Source: Candidatus Kuenenia stuttgartensis (GTDB lineage: Bacteria; Planctomycetota; GCA-002687715; CAIWVZ01). Taken from it: a stretch of DNA of 64,000 nucleotides. This document shows, piece by piece, positions 52,816-63,049 of the stretch. Location of the stretch: contig CAMARR010000009.1 in the NCBI GenBank assembly GCA_945860915.1, positions 41,034 through 105,033 of the forward strand. The letters run 5' to 3'. Under the pieces are notes generated by a model that saw only the letters and a program-made list of their open reading frames with translations, was not told where the DNA came from and did not search any database. Numbering within the stretch: the first letter of the stretch is position 1; every line of letters begins with the position of its first letter. The position numbers were made by a program, and so were the translations under genes.

Positions 52816-54645
52816 TCAAGGTTCGAGCTCCCCGGCCTCCGAGAGGCCATGTTTTTCCATTTTCCGCTGAAGGGCAAAACGCGTGATGCCGAGGAGGGCG
52901 GCCGCACGTGACTTGTTGCCTTCCGCTTCATCCAACGCGCGACGAATCTCGCGGATTTCGATGGCAGCAACGAGTCCGGTCAGATCGTTGCAGGTCGCGT
53001 CTGCCCCACGCCGCGCTTCACGGAGTGAGTCGGAAAGGTCGCAAAGTCGAAGGTTCCCGTCAGAAACCGCTGTGATTCGTCGAATTTCGTTCTCGAGCTC
53101 GCGGACATTTCCTCGCCACGGCGCGCCCACAAGACGCTCTAGTGCCTCGGGTTCGACTTCGAGCGCCGGCTTACCCCACTTCACGAGAAAGTACCGAACG
53201 AGCGACGGGATGTCATCGCGCCTATCCCGAAGCGGTGGGACATCGATGGTCAGAACGCGGAGGCGATACCAAAGATCGTCCCGAAAACGCCCCTCGGCAA
53301 CTTCCTGTGCCAAGTTGCGATTGGTCGCGGCGACGACACGAACATCCACTTTGCGAGGGCGGGGCGCCCCGACAGGGCGTATCTCACCGGATTCGAGTGC
53401 TCTGAGGAGTCGCGCCTGCAGCGACGGCGACATCGCTTCGACTTCATCGAGGAAAAGCGTCCCACCAGTGGCGGATTCAAGGAGTCCTGTTCGAGCACGG
53501 TCTGCTCCGGTGAAGGCCCCGCGAACGTGGCCAAACAATTCGGATTCGATGAGAGTCTCAGGAATCGCGGCGACATTGACGGGAATCCAGGGCCCGGCCG
53601 CCCGACGGCTCTGGGCGTGAACCGCGCGAGCGACGAGCTCCTTCCCGCTCCCTGATTCCCCCGTGATCAACACAGGATGTTCCGATGCTGCGACTTTCGC
53701 GATCATACTCCGCAGACTCTCCATGGCGTCCGAATGCCCGACGAGGGCTGGCGCTGGGAGAACCTCCGCTACGAGCAACGGATCCTTGCTTTCTGCAGCA
53801 CGACGCGCGCGTTCACGCTCGAGTGCAATTCCGGCCTGGTGTGCCAAAACCTCGAGAACTACAAGGTCATCGCTCGAAAACCGGCCAGCGCCGCCCCGAT
53901 GATCAACGTACAGAACGCCGAGAACTCCGCCTGGAGCTCGAATCGGGACACACGCAACGGATCGAAGTCGAAGGTCCTCAACGCTCTTTGAAGCCGAGAA
54001 TCGTTGATCAGATGCTGCGTCGACCAACAGCACGGACTCACCGGTCATCCCGGCTCGAAGCGCGATACTCCACGACACTTCGAATTCGGGTCCTCTGCGG
54101 TCCTCTTCGGCGACGTTTCGCGCAGCGCGGAATTCCATTCCGGCCATCGTCCGAGTAATGACGAAGCCTCGCTCCGCACCGGAGAGTCGCACCGCCGCGT
54201 CAACGAGTGCAATCAAAAATGCAGACTCCGACTCTGGAGTTCCTAGGCGACGCATGAGACTTGCCACTTCACCGAATCGCGCGTCAAGGGGATCCGGAAC
54301 CGCCACCGCGGACGCAGGGCTCTTGTCTTGCTCGGAGGGCATTTCGACCTGCACCACCACACCCCCGACGCGCACCGTCATCCCGTCCATGAGCACGACG
54401 GAATCAACTCGCTGATCCTCAAGCCAAATCCCATTGGCACTTTCTTCGTCGATCAGCTTCCAACCGCCCGCCACGCGCTCAAGCCGCGCATGAAGACGAC
54501 TTACACTCGGGTCATCGATGACAATTGCGCAAGCGATTGATCTCCCCAACGTGAGCGTCGACGCCCCCTGAAGGGGGACTGTGGTCTGACCGGACGCCCG
54601 CGAGATGAGCAGGCGAGGGCCGGAATGGGCCGGGACGTTCGACAT
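52816..54645 (-). CDS. sigma-54-dependent transcriptional activator with N-terminal FHA and GAF-like domains
   Basis: 609 aa. FHA (TLGRS..DPSVSRLHARLE..WKLIDEESANGIWL), a GAF-like middle region, AAA+ Walker A GESGSGKELVA, the sigma54-contact loop GAFTGA, and a Fis-type HTH (NKSRAAALLGITRFALQRKM). Confidence 0.9.
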   Translation of the reverse strand: MSNVPAHSGPRLLISRASGQTTVPLQGASTLTLGRSIACAIVIDDPSVSRLHARLERVAGGWKLIDEESANGIWLEDQRVDSVVLMDGMTVRVGGVVVQVEMPSEQDKSPASAVAVPDPLDARFGEVASLMRRLGTPESESAFLIALVDAAVRLSGAERGFVITRTMAGMEFRAARNVAEEDRRGPEFEVSWSIALRAGMTGESVLLVDAASDQRFSASKSVEDLRLRSVACVPIRAPGGVLGVLYVDHRGGAGRFSSDDLVVLEVLAHQAGIALERERARRAAESKDPLLVAEVLPAPALVGHSDAMESLRSMIAKVAASEHPVLITGESGSGKELVARAVHAQSRRAAGPWIPVNVAAIPETLIESELFGHVRGAFTGADRARTGLLESATGGTLFLDEVEAMSPSLQARLLRALESGEIRPVGAPRPRKVDVRVVAATNRNLAQEVAEGRFRDDLWYRLRVLTIDVPPLRDRRDDIPSLVRYFLVKWGKPALEVEPEALERLVGAPWRGNVRELENEIRRITAVSDGNLRLCDLSDSLREARRGADATCNDLTGLVAAIEIREIRRALDEAEGNKSRAAALLGITRFALQRKMEKHGLSEAGELEP

Positions 54646-54705
54646 GGGGAGCGAAGAAAGGAGGCAGCCGGGAGGGACGACTCTCTGTTATACGGACTTG
54701 TGTTC

Positions 54706-55623
54706 CTACGAGGCAACTCCCTCGGGCCGTGTCTTCCACCTGCGGTGCGTCCAAAGCCAGCACCCTGGGTGCTCACGAATGCGTATTTCGATCACTTTGG
54801 CGACGCATTGAAGGATTCGGTGGACTTCCTCGTCGAACGGCGCGAGTGGGTCCGGCACGATTGCATCCCCAACGTCGATGCCAAACTGCCCATTGGGTAG
54901 CCGGTGGCAGAAGATCGGAACGACTGGACGCTTCGCCCGCAAGGCGAGGACGGCAATGGTGCGGGCGGTCGCAGCAGGGATTCCAAAGAAGTCGATGAAC
55001 TCTGCGCCTCGCCCCCGGTGATTGAGATCGGCGAGGACGGCTACTTGCCGACCCGCCTCCAAGCTCCCGATCAAATCGGCGAGCCCGCCTCGGCTCGCGG
55101 CAAGTCGAGCACCGAACCGTGTTCGACGACGCGCGACCCAAGACTCCAACAGCGGATTATCGAGAGGACGCACGAGTGTCGTCACGTCGAATCCCATCAA
55201 GGGACCGGCCGACCCGAGCACCTCCCACGCACCGAAATGCGATGCGGCCCATATGAACGGGCCTCCCCCGTGCCGTGCGACAAGACCATGCAGTTCGGGT
55301 CCGACGATCTGGACAATTTGTGATCTCACTCGGTCCTCGTCGTCCGACATAAGGAACAGTTCAAGAAACGACTGGAGGAGATTCGCGATCGACGACTTAC
55401 CAATCACGGATGCTGACGGACGCGTTACAGGATCCGGGTACGCCAGTACGAGGTTGTGTTGGACGACTTTCCGTCGACTTGGGACGAGAGCCCAAGCGAT
55501 GGATGCCAGCATGCGACAAAGCAACGGCAGACCAGCTGCGGGAAGACACCAGGCAATCCCCACGACGAGCTTGGCAAACGCGAATTCCAATGCGTTTCGT
55601 ATCGGAGCCTCTCGGGTTCTCAT
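54706..55623 (-). CDS. lipid A biosynthesis (LpxL/HtrB-type) lysophospholipid acyltransferase
   Basis: 305 aa. N-terminal membrane anchor and the HX4E/D acyltransferase motif (ASHFGAWE). ATGA overlap with the lpxK stop. Confidence 0.75.
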   Translation of the reverse strand: MRTREAPIRNALEFAFAKLVVGIAWCLPAAGLPLLCRMLASIAWALVPSRRKVVQHNLVLAYPDPVTRPSASVIGKSSIANLLQSFLELFLMSDDEDRVRSQIVQIVGPELHGLVARHGGGPFIWAASHFGAWEVLGSAGPLMGFDVTTLVRPLDNPLLESWVARRRTRFGARLAASRGGLADLIGSLEAGRQVAVLADLNHRGRGAEFIDFFGIPAATARTIAVLALRAKRPVVPIFCHRLPNGQFGIDVGDAIVPDPLAPFDEEVHRILQCVAKVIEIRIREHPGCWLWTHRRWKTRPEGVAS

Positions 55624-56678
55624 CTTCCCGCCGTCCGGGCAAGCCGCGTTCGCAAGATCCCAACTAGGGCCTGATTATCTCCGACGAATTCAACGTCGAC
55701 ATCGAGCGCAACGATGGGAATCCCATAGGCCTCGCTGGAAATCTTGGGCAGGTCTTTCGATGTGACAACAATCAACGTGACATCCCTCTTGCCGGCTCGG
55801 GATGCGATACCTGAGATAAGGGCGGATGGGATCGGCGCGTGATCCGGCAAAATCGTGACTCCTATAACTTTGGCGCCGCATTCAACGACGGTTCGATGAA
55901 ATTCCGAAGGGTGACCTATCGCGGATAACAACCAGACGGACCGCCCATTCAACTCCGAAACCGGTCGGTCTCCGGGTAGAAGTCGGGTGGGTACATGCCG
56001 CTGAAGTTGGACGATCTGACCCGGGTTCTTCCTTTGGATATCGTCGCACAGACCCGAAGCGACCCGAGGATCGGCATCCGACCGAGTAACGACCACGACG
56101 TCCGCACGCGCGATCGAGCCTAGCCACTCACGCAGCGGCCCCGCAGGGAGCGGCCAGCCGTTTCCAAACGGACGCGTGGCGTCTACCAGAACAATGTCGA
56201 GATCGCGTTCCATTTGCAAGCGCTGAAACCCATCGTCGAGGATGACAACGGCACCAGCCTTCGCGGCAAAAGACCAATCTCCGCGCCCCGATCGCACCTC
56301 CGTACTCTGAATGACCGTGATTCCCGGCACGGATGCGCGAAGCAACGCGCCTTCTTCATCGACGTCGCTGTCATGGGCGCGCGTTCCGTATCCACGCTGA
56401 AGTACGATCGGGTGAAACCCCTCGGCGATGAGCCAATTTGCAAGCCATTTCACCGTAGGCGTCTTACCCGTTCCCCCGACGGTGATGTTGCCTACACTCA
56501 GTACCGGCACCGGCGCTCTGAACCCGCGACGCCAACCTCGTCGGTAGATCAGCGATCTGATCGCAACCAATCCGCCAAAGATCACACCGAACGGAACGAG
56601 CAAGATACGCGCGAGCAGTCCACCGACCGTCGGGGTTCTGCTCCACCAAAGGGACTGAAGGGCATCAGGTTCCGCCAC
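55620..56678 (-). CDS. lpxK: tetraacyldisaccharide 4'-kinase
   Basis: 352 aa, GTG start. N-terminal TM helix and P-loop VGNITVGGTGKTP. Confidence 0.9.
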   Translation of the reverse strand: MAEPDALQSLWWSRTPTVGGLLARILLVPFGVIFGGLVAIRSLIYRRGWRRGFRAPVPVLSVGNITVGGTGKTPTVKWLANWLIAEGFHPIVLQRGYGTRAHDSDVDEEGALLRASVPGITVIQSTEVRSGRGDWSFAAKAGAVVILDDGFQRLQMERDLDIVLVDATRPFGNGWPLPAGPLREWLGSIARADVVVVTRSDADPRVASGLCDDIQRKNPGQIVQLQRHVPTRLLPGDRPVSELNGRSVWLLSAIGHPSEFHRTVVECGAKVIGVTILPDHAPIPSALISGIASRAGKRDVTLIVVTSKDLPKISSEAYGIPIVALDVDVEFVGDNQALVGILRTRLARTAGR

Positions 56679-56882
56679 GACGGCACGTTAGCAGACCGGT
56701 CGAGAATCGCGGTCGCACGAGGAAGGCGACCTGACGCTCAGATCCATCGATTGGGGAAGGTGTTACGGAACGCCGACCGCGACTGTTGTGGCGCGGATTA
56801 CCGTTGAAACGGAGCCTCGTCATCAATGTCACGCGCCAACCGTAGAAGCCATGGGCCGCTGTTTCGCCCATGAGCTCGATTC

Positions 56883-57854
56883 ATGACTCAACGTGCCGTT
56901 CTTTTCGCAATACTCAGCGGCCTATGCGCCCTCGTGGTCGTTCAATCGACTGCGGTGAGTGATATCCGCGAGCCCACGGCAATCCCGTCTCCGTCCGCAG
57001 AGTTCGTCCTGCAGGCTGCATCACAGCAGGACGAAACCGACATGAAGCTCTTCATCGCTGAGCTCGAGCACGACCTCGGAATTCACCAACGCGAAGTCGA
57101 GCGTGCAATCGAGTCATCGCTCGACGAAGCTACCGACATCACATCGTGTGGACGGCTCGTTGGATATCTGACCTATGACCTCATTTCTAACTCGCACTCA
57201 ACCGAAGACTACCTGCGAGGCGAAACGAACGACGCACTCGACCCCGCCATCGAGAGGCTTGCTACGGTCGGGCGATCCGCATCACACCGCCTCCTTCATC
57301 GGCTGGAAACGACGAGCACGCAAACCGCATTTGATCTATGCGCAAAGGCGCCGACCGTACTCGTTCCACACGTAGGCGATCCATCTAAAGATCTAACGCA
57401 CGCCGAATGCGGCGCGCTTCTCCGTCAATTTGGATTCGGAGCCACTGTCCTGGTGCCCGCCGGCATCCTTGACGCATTCATGATTCGCGGAATTCTACGG
57501 CGCCAATTCTCCGAGTTCGCAGTTCAGGCTGGCGCGCGTAGCGCTTCGAAGATACTTGCCGTTCCGGTTGCGAGAACCTCTGCATCTGCATTAGCGGCAG
57601 CGGCAGATGGACCACTCCCGATTGGTGACATCTTCGCCCTCGGTTGTAGCTTGTGGACGATTCACGACATTGCGTGCCTTCGATCGGAACTCAGGGACCA
57701 TCTCCGCATCGCCCTGTTGCGCGCCTCCGATCAGTCACGCATCGACATTCACTCACAAGCGTTGTCGATGGCAAGAAACGCCGCTTCGAGACACGCACAC
57801 GCAAGAAGGCAGATGGCAGAGAAGCTCGGCTATTGCGTCTTACAGGCACAATGA
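56883..57854 (+). CDS. hypothetical protein with N-terminal signal/anchor
   Basis: 323 aa. Hydrophobic N-terminus (AVLFAILSGLCALVVV). No recognisable motif. Codon usage is consistent with neighbouring genes. Confidence 0.45.
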   Translation: MTQRAVLFAILSGLCALVVVQSTAVSDIREPTAIPSPSAEFVLQAASQQDETDMKLFIAELEHDLGIHQREVERAIESSLDEATDITSCGRLVGYLTYDLISNSHSTEDYLRGETNDALDPAIERLATVGRSASHRLLHRLETTSTQTAFDLCAKAPTVLVPHVGDPSKDLTHAECGALLRQFGFGATVLVPAGILDAFMIRGILRRQFSEFAVQAGARSASKILAVPVARTSASALAAAADGPLPIGDIFALGCSLWTIHDIACLRSELRDHLRIALLRASDQSRIDIHSQALSMARNAASRHAHARRQMAEKLGYCVLQAQ

Positions 57855-57855
57855 C

Positions 57856-58704
57856 ATGACAAAAAAACCACGGTTCAGTTTCTCGGCGCTCTTCATTGCG
57901 ATGTTCCTGTTCGGATTGAGCATCGACTCCATCGCGCAAGGAGGGATGGTTGCCCACGTAGCGGATGAAGCCGTGGAGCTCTTCGCTAAGCGCGCGGCGC
58001 GTGCTTCTGTCCTTGATTCATCGAGTGTAGGGGTCAGAGCGTTCACCGAGCGTCTCGCTTCGAAGTTCGGTGACGATGCTGTGCGTCTCGCCATGAGGGA
58101 CGGTGGCCCCGAACTTATCGAGGCCGTGGCAATCCACGGCGACGACTTGATGGAGCTGGCGATGAAGGCGTCACCGGCCGGGCGTCGCGCGCTCGCTGGG
58201 TGCGCCAGCGAACTTCTCCCCCATATCCGGCGTGTGGGTATTTCCGTTCTTGAGCTTGAGGCAAACGCTCCCGGCCTCGCTTCGCGATTCATCCGAGTCT
58301 TTGGAGACGAGACCACCGTCGCCCTTGCGAAGTCTGTGCCGAAAGAGGACCTGCCGCGCCTTCTGCGCATGGCCGAATCCGCCGACAGCCCCGCGACTAG
58401 GGACCTTCTTGTCAAAGGCTACGCGGATCGCGGGGCGGCCCTGCTCGATAAAATTCCACCGAAACTTGTAGTTGCATCAGGTCTCAGCGCGGCGATGGTC
58501 ATCGTCGCATGGGAAGGCACGTCCCCATTCCGCTCTATTGCGAGTTCGATTGAGGAAAACCCGGATCTCGCAAGGGAGGCGATTAACGAGTTCGCAGGCG
58601 CTTCGGTCCTTCTCATCAGTGTGATCGGATTAACCATCATCGGAGCGATCTCTGCGGTCGCATACCTTGGATTGAGGCGCTTTGCTGGAAGGCGAGCGAG
58701 TTGA
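57856..58704 (+). CDS. hypothetical membrane protein (N- and C-terminal TM helices)
   Basis: The track ORF starts at 57607, inside the previous gene. ATG 57856 (MTKKPRFSFSALFIAMFLFGL) lies 1 nt after the upstream stop. There are C-terminal hydrophobic helices (GASVLLISVIGLTIIGAISAVAYLGL). Confidence 0.45.
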   Translation: MTKKPRFSFSALFIAMFLFGLSIDSIAQGGMVAHVADEAVELFAKRAARASVLDSSSVGVRAFTERLASKFGDDAVRLAMRDGGPELIEAVAIHGDDLMELAMKASPAGRRALAGCASELLPHIRRVGISVLELEANAPGLASRFIRVFGDETTVALAKSVPKEDLPRLLRMAESADSPATRDLLVKGYADRGAALLDKIPPKLVVASGLSAAMVIVAWEGTSPFRSIASSIEENPDLAREAINEFAGASVLLISVIGLTIIGAISAVAYLGLRRFAGRRAS

Positions 58705-58712
58705 TTGTCGCT

Positions 58713-59333
58713 TCACTCACGCAACGGGGACGAGATGGCTGGCTTCGATGGCTTCGCGGCTTCAGCTTTGTCGTACGCAGTTCGGAACTCATCGAATCGA
58801 TCGACAAATTCCTGTTCCTTCTTGGTGGGATTGATGTGCAACACGATCCGACGGCGCTGGATCTCTCCAAACCGTTCAGGGTTCCACCCCTCATCGATGG
58901 GGAACTCCTTCAAAATTGCTGCGTCGGCCGGATCGGGCGTGGGTTCCGCCGGGCGTGACTCCGGGACCGGAACGGACTCGGTGACTCGCGTCGGCCGCGA
59001 TGCCGGGGTGCGAGTCACTGTCATCGCTTTCAACAATGCGGCTGACTCCTCGACACTCAGTTCACCCAAGATCGACGTAGATTTGATTCGGGAGTACTCA
59101 AGAAAAACATAGCCGTCGAGATCTCGCCAGTACCAAAGGCGAATCCCCGCGCCCTTGGCCTTCTTGTCATCACCCTTCGTGAATTGCCCTCGTCGGCTTA
59201 CCTCGACGGTGACACCTCCCCGCGCAATACCCGTGAAGGGCTCCCCCTTTAAGTCGGTCACTTGGACGCGGACATCAGCCTGCGCGTGGACGACCGAGAC
59301 GAAGACACAGAGCAAGACCAGCGTGATGCGCAT
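58713..59333 (-). CDS. hypothetical secreted protein
   Basis: 206 aa. Signal peptide MRITLVLLCVFVSVVHAQA. No recognisable motif. Confidence 0.45.
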   Translation of the reverse strand: MRITLVLLCVFVSVVHAQADVRVQVTDLKGEPFTGIARGGVTVEVSRRGQFTKGDDKKAKGAGIRLWYWRDLDGYVFLEYSRIKSTSILGELSVEESAALLKAMTVTRTPASRPTRVTESVPVPESRPAEPTPDPADAAILKEFPIDEGWNPERFGEIQRRRIVLHINPTKKEQEFVDRFDEFRTAYDKAEAAKPSKPAISSPLRE

Positions 59334-59419
59334 AAAGACCCTCTTCTCAGTGTGAATGATCGGGATCTTGGTGCTACGACCTTGAACCTGCGCTTGCGGG
59401 ACTGAATAGTCATGCGGTT

Positions 59420-61237
59420 ATGACCGTGTGGTTCCCGCGCCGGGCGGGGGCCACGAAATCGCCCCAGAGGCCCCGATCCGTGAATTTCCTCCGCGACCCT
59501 GACCTCATCGCCTACCTCCGGTCCGACCGGAGGACCCTGCTACGAGGAGGGGTCGCCCTGATAGGCCGGACGGCCTTCGCGGTGCTTGTTCCTTGGCTGG
59601 TCGGCCGGGCATTCGACGCCGCCGTTACCGCCGCCCCGGGTAACGTATTTGCCAAGGGAATCCTGCTTCTGATTGCCGCTGCGACCATCGCGGGACTTTG
59701 CCAATGGTGGATGCGCTCACTGCTCGTCGGAGCCAGCCGGCACTTCGAACAACGCGCCCGAGAGAATCTCTTCTCGCGATTGCTCAAGCTTGGGCCAGGC
59801 TGGTTCTCGCGCCAAAAAACCGGCGATCTTCTTTCGCGGCTCACCAGCGACCTCGAAGCCGTCAGAATGGGCGCTGGCCCTGCCGTCATGTACCTCGCCG
59901 ACACTGGACTTCGCGCCATTGCCATCACGATCACGATGTACGGAGTGTCGCCCCTGCTTGCGACCTGTACCCTCATTCCCATTACCCTAGTCTTTCTTGG
60001 ACTTAAAGCATCACTCAAGAAAGTCCACGATCGCTCTCTCGTTGTACAGGAACAACAGGGAGCCTTGTCGTCGCGAGCTCAGGAGTCCTTTGCTGGAGCC
60101 CGTGTCATCAAGGCATTCGGACGTGAAGACGACGAGGCCCGGCGATTCGAAGGACTGTCACGACAGTACATCGATGCCAATGTCAGTCTGTCACGTGCCC
60201 GCGCGGTCACGTCGGGACTCATCGAATGCGGCGGTGATTGCGTGGTCGCCGTCATCATTCTCGTCGGCGGAAATGAAGTCTTGGGCGGTCGAATGACGCT
60301 CGGAAGTTTGGTCGCATTCCTCGGCTACGTCGAGATGCTGGTATGGCCAGTCATCGCCATCGGGTGGGTGATGAGTCTATGGCAACGCGCCAAGGCATCG
60401 GAGGGCCGTCTTCAGGAGATTCGACAGGCGACCCCGGAGATCGTCGAATCAACGGCCACCGAATCTCCCGCAAAAACTACGGGACGGGTCTCCGTGCGAA
60501 ACCTTAGTTGGAAGCCTAAGGGTGCGAGTCGTCCTGTTCTCCATGATGTTTCTTTTGAACTCAAATCGGGCGAAAGATTGGGGATTGTCGGCAGAATCGG
60601 CAGTGGGAAGTCCTCCCTCCTCCACCTTGTTGCACGCTTGGAAGAACCGCCCCCGGGGACAATTTTCGTCGACGGAATCGACGTACGGAATTGGAAGATC
60701 TCGGAACTTCGAAGGGCGATTACTCTTGCGCCTCAAGATGGGTTCCTCTTCTCGGAGACTCTGAAGGCCAATGTGCTCTACGGCAATCCGGGAGCATCGG
60801 AGACAGACATCACGCGCGCTGTCGATGACGCTGGGCTTACGGAAGCCGTAGATTCATTTCCAGATCGCTTGGAGACCATGCTAGGAGAGCGCGGGGTGAC
60901 CCTCTCTGGTGGCCAACGCCAACGCACCGCACTTGCGCGGGCGATCCTCACGGATCCCGCCTTGCTTCTCATCGACGACGGCCTCTCAGCTGTTGACGCC
61001 GACACCGAGGAGAAAATCCTCGCCAGTTTAATGCTGCGACTTAAGGGGCGCACATCCATCATTGTCTCGCATCGAGTATCGGCGATTCGCAATCTCGATC
61101 GTGTCTTGGTGCTAGAGGCAGGCCGTGTTGTCGAATTCGGCTCCCCGGGCGAGTTACTCACGCAGTCGGGCCCCTTGGCCCACCTCGAGAAGCTCCAGCA
61201 AGACGTTGAAGCGCTTGAGGGTGGAGAGGCTGCATGA
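59420..61237 (+). CDS. ABC exporter, fused permease/ATPase (half-transporter 1)
   Basis: 605 aa. Six-helix type I exporter TMD. Walker A GRIGSGKSS, signature LSGGQRQRTALARAI, Walker B LLLIDDGLSAVD. Confidence 0.9.
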   Translation: MTVWFPRRAGATKSPQRPRSVNFLRDPDLIAYLRSDRRTLLRGGVALIGRTAFAVLVPWLVGRAFDAAVTAAPGNVFAKGILLLIAAATIAGLCQWWMRSLLVGASRHFEQRARENLFSRLLKLGPGWFSRQKTGDLLSRLTSDLEAVRMGAGPAVMYLADTGLRAIAITITMYGVSPLLATCTLIPITLVFLGLKASLKKVHDRSLVVQEQQGALSSRAQESFAGARVIKAFGREDDEARRFEGLSRQYIDANVSLSRARAVTSGLIECGGDCVVAVIILVGGNEVLGGRMTLGSLVAFLGYVEMLVWPVIAIGWVMSLWQRAKASEGRLQEIRQATPEIVESTATESPAKTTGRVSVRNLSWKPKGASRPVLHDVSFELKSGERLGIVGRIGSGKSSLLHLVARLEEPPPGTIFVDGIDVRNWKISELRRAITLAPQDGFLFSETLKANVLYGNPGASETDITRAVDDAGLTEAVDSFPDRLETMLGERGVTLSGGQRQRTALARAILTDPALLLIDDGLSAVDADTEEKILASLMLRLKGRTSIIVSHRVSAIRNLDRVLVLEAGRVVEFGSPGELLTQSGPLAHLEKLQQDVEALEGGEAA

Positions 61238-63033
61238 CCAGCTTAAGTTCCGACCCGACAACGAAGCCACCGCCCCGGGTCTTGGTTCGAATCTTCTCCT
61301 TCGCGCGTCCCTACGCGGGCCGCTTGGCTGCATCTGCGCTCCTGCTTGCGGTCCTCGCAGTAACTTCAGCATGCGTCCCGGCGCTTGTGCGCACGGCGAT
61401 CAACGACCATATCAAGCCGGCCCTCGACGCGTCGAACGTCAAGCTTCCCGAAGGCGTGGCGTTTCTCGCCGCCGCCATCTTTGGCCTCGGAATCGCAGGG
61501 ATGCTGGCGCGTATTGGACAACTTCTTCTCATCACAGTGACCTCGCAGCGTGCCATGCATGACCTTCGCATGGCGCTGTTCCGTCATCTCATGTCCCGCA
61601 ACCTTCGGTTCTTCGATGCCAACCCTTCGGGGCGCCTCGTGACACGCGTGACCAACGACATTGAAGCGCTCAACGAGCTTTTCAGCTCGGGCCTCGACGT
61701 CATGGCCTTCGATTTCCTGCGCATTCTGATTGCCGCAGCGCTCTTGTTCTGGCAAGACTGGCGACTGGCACTTGCGGCATTCGTCGCAGTACCGCTGCTC
61801 GTCGCCGTTTCATGGCAGTTCCAACGAGCAGCACGCAACCTCTTCCGAGACGTTCGCTCGAAGGTCGCGGCTGTCAATGCCCGACTCGCAGAACGCCTCG
61901 CAGGCGTCCGTACGATCGTCGCATTCCACCGTGAAGAGTCCGAGCAGGAGAAGTTTGCGCAGGCGAATGTGGAGCTCCGGGACGCGCATCTAGCGACTGT
62001 CAATAACTACGCTTGGTTTTATCCGGTGATGGAATGGTCGGTGACGATCGGCACCGTGTCGATCCTAGTTGCAGGATGGTGGATTTCCGGAGGAAAAGGC
62101 GCATCTGCTGGCGACCTCGTCTTCACGTGGATGCTCTTCGGGATGTTCGTGGATCCGCTTCGTCAGCTTGCAGACCGCTTCAACGTCGCGCAGGCTGCCA
62201 TCGCCGCAGCAGAACGCATCGTAGCGACACTCGACGACGATCGCACCCTTCCGATTCGACAGCCTCAGACCCCACTGCCAGACCGACCGCGTTCCGTTCG
62301 ATTCGAACGCATCCGGTTCTCCTACGACGCGCGCAAGCCCGTCATCAAGGACATCACCCTCGACGTCCCACCTGGATCGAGTGTGGCCATCGTAGGCGCA
62401 ACCGGTTCTGGAAAATCGACTCTTATCAATCTACTCCTGCGCTTCTACGATCCCGATGAAGGGCGAGTTCTCGTCGACGGAGTGGACATCCGGGATGTCA
62501 ACCCGTCCGACCTGCGAAGGAAGATTGGTGTTGTCCTTCAGGATGTCGTGCTGTTCGGAGGAACCCTGCGCGACAATCTGGCACTCGGCGATACCGCTCG
62601 TCGCGACGACGTTCTCATGCGCGCACTCACAACGGTCGGGGCTGCCGGACTTGTGGACCGTCTAGGAGGTCTCGATGCAGTCATTGCAGAGCGAGGCGCA
62701 ACTCTCTCTGCGGGGGAACGGCAACTCATCGCATTTGCACGAACTTTGGTTCATGATCCATCGATTCTCGTGCTCGACGAGGCGACCGCATCTATTGACA
62801 CGGAGACCGAGCGCGCTCTTCAGAGCGCACTGTCTGTCGCACTGAAAGGCCGGACATCCATCTTGATCGCGCACCGACTCTCGACCATCCGACACGCCGA
62901 TCGCATCGTGGTCATGCATCACGGAGAAATTCGCGAGTCCGGGACCCACGCGCAATTGCTTGCCGCCGAAGGAATGTACGCTCGACTTCACCGCCTCCAG
63001 TTCGCGCCAGAGTCTCCCGCGAATGACGGATAG
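61234..63033 (+). CDS. ABC exporter, fused permease/ATPase (half-transporter 2)
   Basis: 599 aa. ATGA overlap with half-transporter 1. Walker A GATGSGKST, signature LSAGERQLIAFARTL, Walker B LVLDEATASID. Confidence 0.9.
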   Translation: MTSLSSDPTTKPPPRVLVRIFSFARPYAGRLAASALLLAVLAVTSACVPALVRTAINDHIKPALDASNVKLPEGVAFLAAAIFGLGIAGMLARIGQLLLITVTSQRAMHDLRMALFRHLMSRNLRFFDANPSGRLVTRVTNDIEALNELFSSGLDVMAFDFLRILIAAALLFWQDWRLALAAFVAVPLLVAVSWQFQRAARNLFRDVRSKVAAVNARLAERLAGVRTIVAFHREESEQEKFAQANVELRDAHLATVNNYAWFYPVMEWSVTIGTVSILVAGWWISGGKGASAGDLVFTWMLFGMFVDPLRQLADRFNVAQAAIAAAERIVATLDDDRTLPIRQPQTPLPDRPRSVRFERIRFSYDARKPVIKDITLDVPPGSSVAIVGATGSGKSTLINLLLRFYDPDEGRVLVDGVDIRDVNPSDLRRKIGVVLQDVVLFGGTLRDNLALGDTARRDDVLMRALTTVGAAGLVDRLGGLDAVIAERGATLSAGERQLIAFARTLVHDPSILVLDEATASIDTETERALQSALSVALKGRTSILIAHRLSTIRHADRIVVMHHGEIRESGTHAQLLAAEGMYARLHRLQFAPESPANDG

Positions 63034-63049
63034 GTGGTAGATTCACGAC

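Noticed and set aside
56854-56867. A weak GG-N10-GC element (GGccgctgtttcGC) just upstream of the orphan gene at 56883, considered as a possible sigma54 promoter.
   Set aside because: Only the invariant dinucleotides match and the flanking consensus positions mostly do not. The spacing would put the transcription start about 4 nt from the ATG.
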